Below, piece by piece: positions 60,009-64,000 of a DNA stretch of 64,000 nucleotides; position 1 is the stretch's first letter; each line of letters opens with the position of its first letter. The DNA is from Dimorphilus gyrociliatus. Lineage: Eukaryota; Animalia; Annelida. The DNA is taken from NCBI GenBank assembly GCA_904063045.1, contig CAJFCJ010000029.1:248001-312000 (forward strand), read 5' to 3'. The translations under genes were made by a program, and so were the position numbers. The notes under the pieces are model-generated. The model saw only the letters and a list, made by a program, of their open reading frames with translations, was not told the DNA's origin and did no database searches.

Positions 60009-61375
60009 CTAAAAATCTATATTATGTACCTCCGCTTCCGCTTTTTTCGCTTTCTCTTCGTTTTGCTGTTGCTGTTGTTGTTGTAGAAAATAAAGACGCT
60101 CTTTTTCTTCAAATTCCTGCAGCCTTCGTCTATAACAACTTACTTCTTCGTCTAATAATCTTTCCTCTATTTTAGCTTTTTCAACATCAAATTCAAGACG
60201 CCCGCTACCATCTAATCGAGTTAAATCAACTGAGCCTTTCCAAATTACGCACACGCCATTAAATATGAATCGGGATTTTAAGAAAACCTGTTCAAGTTGA
60301 ATAAAAGACAGCTAAAAGAACTTTCATCATCTTATTTCATTTTATTTCATCTAGAAACTTTTATTAATTTGTAAAATATAAACTCTCTTCTTTTTAGTTA
60401 AAGCTAAATAAGGTAAGGTTATTAGCAAAAAATACCTCTGTCTTAATGACAAAATCATTATGCATTTTACTTGTTCAGTCACGATTTAAACTTTAACCTA
60501 AATTATATATCTTGGTATAATGTAAAGACTTTGCTCACAGTTAATCATGATGAAATATCTAGTTTGAAATTTAGGTCACGTAAGTGACAAATTTTTAAAT
60601 GCTTATTAAATAAATGAAAGAAATATATAGTTTAGTTTATTTTATGTTTTTTAAAGAAACGAATAACTTGTTCATCCAGAGTACGTTCAAGGTTAATTAA
60701 ACATTACCTAATTGGACGTTCAGTATTTTCCCCCAAACGATATTTTACGCTTCGTTAGCTTTCTATAAAATCATCGTATGTTTCAAGAGTAAAGTAAAGT
60801 GTTTGTTAAATATATTTTAGTTTTACTTGTGTGCTATATTCTTTATGAGAATAAAAAGATCACTATGGAAGGAAAAGAAAAACAAAGGGATATACATTAA
60901 CATTTCCCTATTTCGCTGTTTTTTTATCAATCTTCACCCTTCCATTCATATTTCGATTTTTTAACGCTCAGGGTAAAATATTTTAGTCTGATACGAGCAA
61001 TTAAGTGAAATATAGACCTGACCTTGTTAGGCTCCTTTTGGAAGTCGACATATTCCGACGGTGGAACTCTGCTAATATTATTATCATTTGGTGACGATGG
61101 TCGTAGATTGAGAAAGAAATTAATTCCGCAATTTACGTGAGACTTAAAATTGAAAAGTTTGCGTTAAAATCAGGCAAAAAATAGGATAAATTACATGAGA
61201 ATATGCTAACCACTTCTGTATATCCTTTTTCGCATCCTTCTCTAAACTTTTCTCTTCGATCTTCTACTTGGCGATCTCTGTAACTAGTGTAACGAATTTC
61301 TGTCTCTCTACTTAATCTTCTTAATAAATCGTCATTTTCAAACGTTTCTTTCTGGTTTGGAACTACTCTAGGCAT
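60009..61375 (-). CDS. CBFB: Core-binding factor beta subunit (Brother/Big brother orthologue), 187 aa
   Basis: complement(join(60009..60287,61023..61142,61211..61375)). MPRVVPNQKETFENDDLLRRLSRETEIRYTSYRDR, EYVDFQKEPNK|VFLKSRFIFNGVCVIWKGSVDLTRLDGSGRLEFD. Introns are phase 0 GT-AG. Confidence 0.96.
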
Positions 61376-63008
61376 CTTCGACTCAATAAGATGTAATAAG
61401 GTGCAGCCATCTTCCCTACATTATGCTAATTTTCTCATTTCATATGTGACAAGCGGCGTTTCTGATTGGTCGATCAGAAACGACATGAGCTCTTTAAGAG
61501 AGCACAAACAAAAGCGATCTTTTGTAAATGATTGGAGCTATAGGCGATTTGTTTTCAAAGATATTTTCCTGCTCATTTCGTACACGTGTTTTTGAGCACA
61601 TAGTTAGGTAACCCTTTCAATAATTATAGTACATGTTTTATACTTTTTCTTTCGTCTCTTCATTTCTGTTTTCTTTATGTCTACCGTGAGTCCCCTTTAT
61701 CCGCTTTGTATTCCCCCTCCCATCATTTTCTTGACTGACTGGTCTCTTTTCGTATCATATTGCGTTCTTGTTACTTAATAAATACAATTTCCATGGACAA
61801 GGAGAGAGGAGAGAGAAAGAGAGGGAAAGAAAAAGAGATATGTATCAATATCATCTTTTTCCATTCTAATCAGCATCTCAAAAAAGGTAAAAATCAGTTT
61901 AAACGTATTAGAATTAGGATTAATGAAAGAAATATTTACAGATCATTTTGATTAATAGAAAAATATCTAAAGAACAAAAAATGAAGTACAATTTTACATC
62001 AAAACAAAATTCCATTCTGACGAAAAGAACACGAATACGTATAAAATAAGAGCAATTTTTGCTCGACATTGCGTATTTCGTTTCTTACCTTGCAGGTGGA
62101 ATAATGTGTGACGCTATATAATTACGTATTCGTATTGAAATGTGCTCGTTGATGTGTTCCTGACATACCGATCGCAGGTCAATATTATACTTTTTATACT
62201 TATTAGAGACATTCTATTGAAATGAAATAGTAATGAATAATTTGTTTAGTCTTTTATTAAAGACCTTTGGTAAGTTTCCTTATTGTTAATTTATTTTTAT
62301 TTAACTAATTGATTACTTTGACTATTTAAATATTTAATATATTGTATATTGTATACTAACAGTTGAACTTGGAGGTTGCAATATACACTTTTGATTTCAA
62401 GTCCATATATACAGTATACACAGTATAGATATGTATTTATATATTAATATATATTTATATATAATGCATAAAATCACGCAAATAATACTTTTTAAATATT
62501 AGTATTCAATAAAATGGAGATATAACCTTTCTATTGTCTTACTATATAAAAAAAAGATTTTTTCCTTTAAAGCAATATTGAATAAAGTAATTAATAATTA
62601 AAAAGAAAAGTGTATAGTATTTAAAATTCTATTTAAATTTTGTAGGTAAGCCGTCAATTATTTAGTTTATTCTATTCAAAACCAACTTATAAATCTTATA
62701 CATCTATTATATCAAAATATTACGCCTTTAGTGTCTTATTAGAGACAAAATGGAATATAATTATGGTATTCTGTAATATTAATATAGACTTTGAAAAAAA
62801 CACCTTTCTGCTGGTGTTTTTATAACTTTCCCTTTTTTTTTATCAGAATTCTCAATTTAAAATATTGCTTAATAGAGGTTTTTACGTTTGAATAACCAAT
62901 TATTATTAGAGATATGGTAATAAATCATAAATGCAATAAAATTTCTATTTTGCTCGTGTAAATAAATATATCATTCAAGCTAACAATCAAGAATTGCTTA
63001 TCCGTGAT

Positions 63009-63018
63009 TATATATATA

Positions 63019-63067
<49 letters not shown>

Positions 63068-63070
63068 TTA
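63009..63070. repeat. Interrupted (TA)n microsatellite
   Basis: TA runs with A/T insertions. Confidence 0.85.
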
Positions 63071-64000
63071 TAATATATTTAGATATTTGTTTATTTATAC
63101 GGCGATTGTTCTAATATTTTTTAGAATTTAGAGTTTATTTAACTAATAAAACAATGCCCTTTAATTTATATATGTGATTTCTGATTCGTATTAAGATAAA
63201 GCCTGTTGGACTTAACCTCAAAACAGACTCTGAATCTGGGAGATCACGATTGTATATAGGGAATATATTATATATACAATATGTATATGTGTATATATAT
63301 GTTGTTCTGTATACAAACGTCCATATCATTGCTAATAAATATGCTGTAGGACATGACGATGAAATACACAAGGTTATCGATTAGAACTGTGTTTTTTTTT
63401 ACTATTCTCCTTCACAATCTGAATACGTAAATCCTGTGTGTTTTAAATTAAAGCAAAAGCTTTACACCTTGTCGAAACAGGATTACTGAACGACTACATT
63501 ACTGACTGGAGTACGTGACGGCTGATAAACCTTGATTTAATGCGCCATCTGCAGTACAAATATAAAGCCCCAAAATTTTTTATTGGCATCGTTGTAGTAG
63601 AGATGAAACTCCAGACGAATCATTCGTTCTCTTGCGGTCATTAGGATTATGTTCCCAAACTAAATCTCTCTTAAAATCTCGTTTAACCGTTAAGATAGGT
63701 AAGTCAGAACTATTAGTTTACGTTACTAAACTCGAAAGAAGGGATTACGAAAAAAGAAAAAACATTCAGTGAAGATTTAATACGCTTTAAATCAATGAAA
63801 ATCCGGCAGATAATCGTAAAACTTTAATGAAGCCAACTTAATAGAGATATTGTGAAATCAAACCATTAACGCAAGAACAATTTTCTAATTTGCATTCATT
63901 AGTTTAGTACATTTTAGGCGATTGATTACTGCGGCTCCTTTCTTTCTCTTATATCGATTACATAAAGTGTAGCAATCTATGAAATGGTTAAGCTAACTTG

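Noticed and set aside
329-60254. Antisense and overlapping short ORFs (e.g. 329-628, 4156-4347, 6731-7078, 8687-8980, 11650-11934, 27798-28273, 48361-48803, 54779-54976, 55913-56176)
   Set aside because: Shadow frames of real genes with no motifs of their own.
62090-63400. Scattered splice-like signals on both strands near the right end
   Set aside because: Could not be assembled into a supported reading frame; may be UTR exons of a gene beyond the window.
1-64000. CRISPR arrays, prophage, rRNA, intact transposons, horizontally transferred bacterial DNA
   Set aside because: No regularly spaced direct repeats, no rRNA-like blocks and no RT or transposase ORFs; all genes are animal-type with spliceosomal introns.

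Overview
Eukaryotic, AT-rich (about one third GC by eye), compact animal genome segment. Most introns are 50-90 bp GT-AG. Gene content and compaction suggest a spiralian, possibly a miniaturised annelid such as Dimorphilus (inference only). No CRISPR, prophage, rRNA or intact transposase was seen. Genes reconstructed by hand, splice by splice: an orphan basic ORF (-); a 14-exon, 2697-aa alpha-neurexin-like type I membrane protein (+, 1885-13085) with a four-module ConA/pentraxin-like insertion and a cytoplasmic WD40 propeller instead of a neurexin tail; an intronless DEG/ENaC channel; a degenerate peptide-receptor-like GPCR; basonuclin/disco with three candidate first exons; FoxQ2; a ZnT2-type zinc transporter; a vasopressin/GnRH-superfamily GPCR (-); a claudin-superfamily tetraspan; an FMRFamide-receptor-like GPCR (-) whose homology-implied intron is GG-AG and bracketed by a 12-bp inverted repeat; an intron-containing tRNA-Arg(CCG) (-); and CBF-beta (-) with a candidate alternative polyproline last exon. 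Best leads: the neurexin-pentraxin-WD40 chimeric receptor, the GG-AG inverted-repeat intron, the CBF-beta alternative tail and the spliced Arg(CCG) tRNA. All homology calls come from motif recognition from memory; no searches were run.
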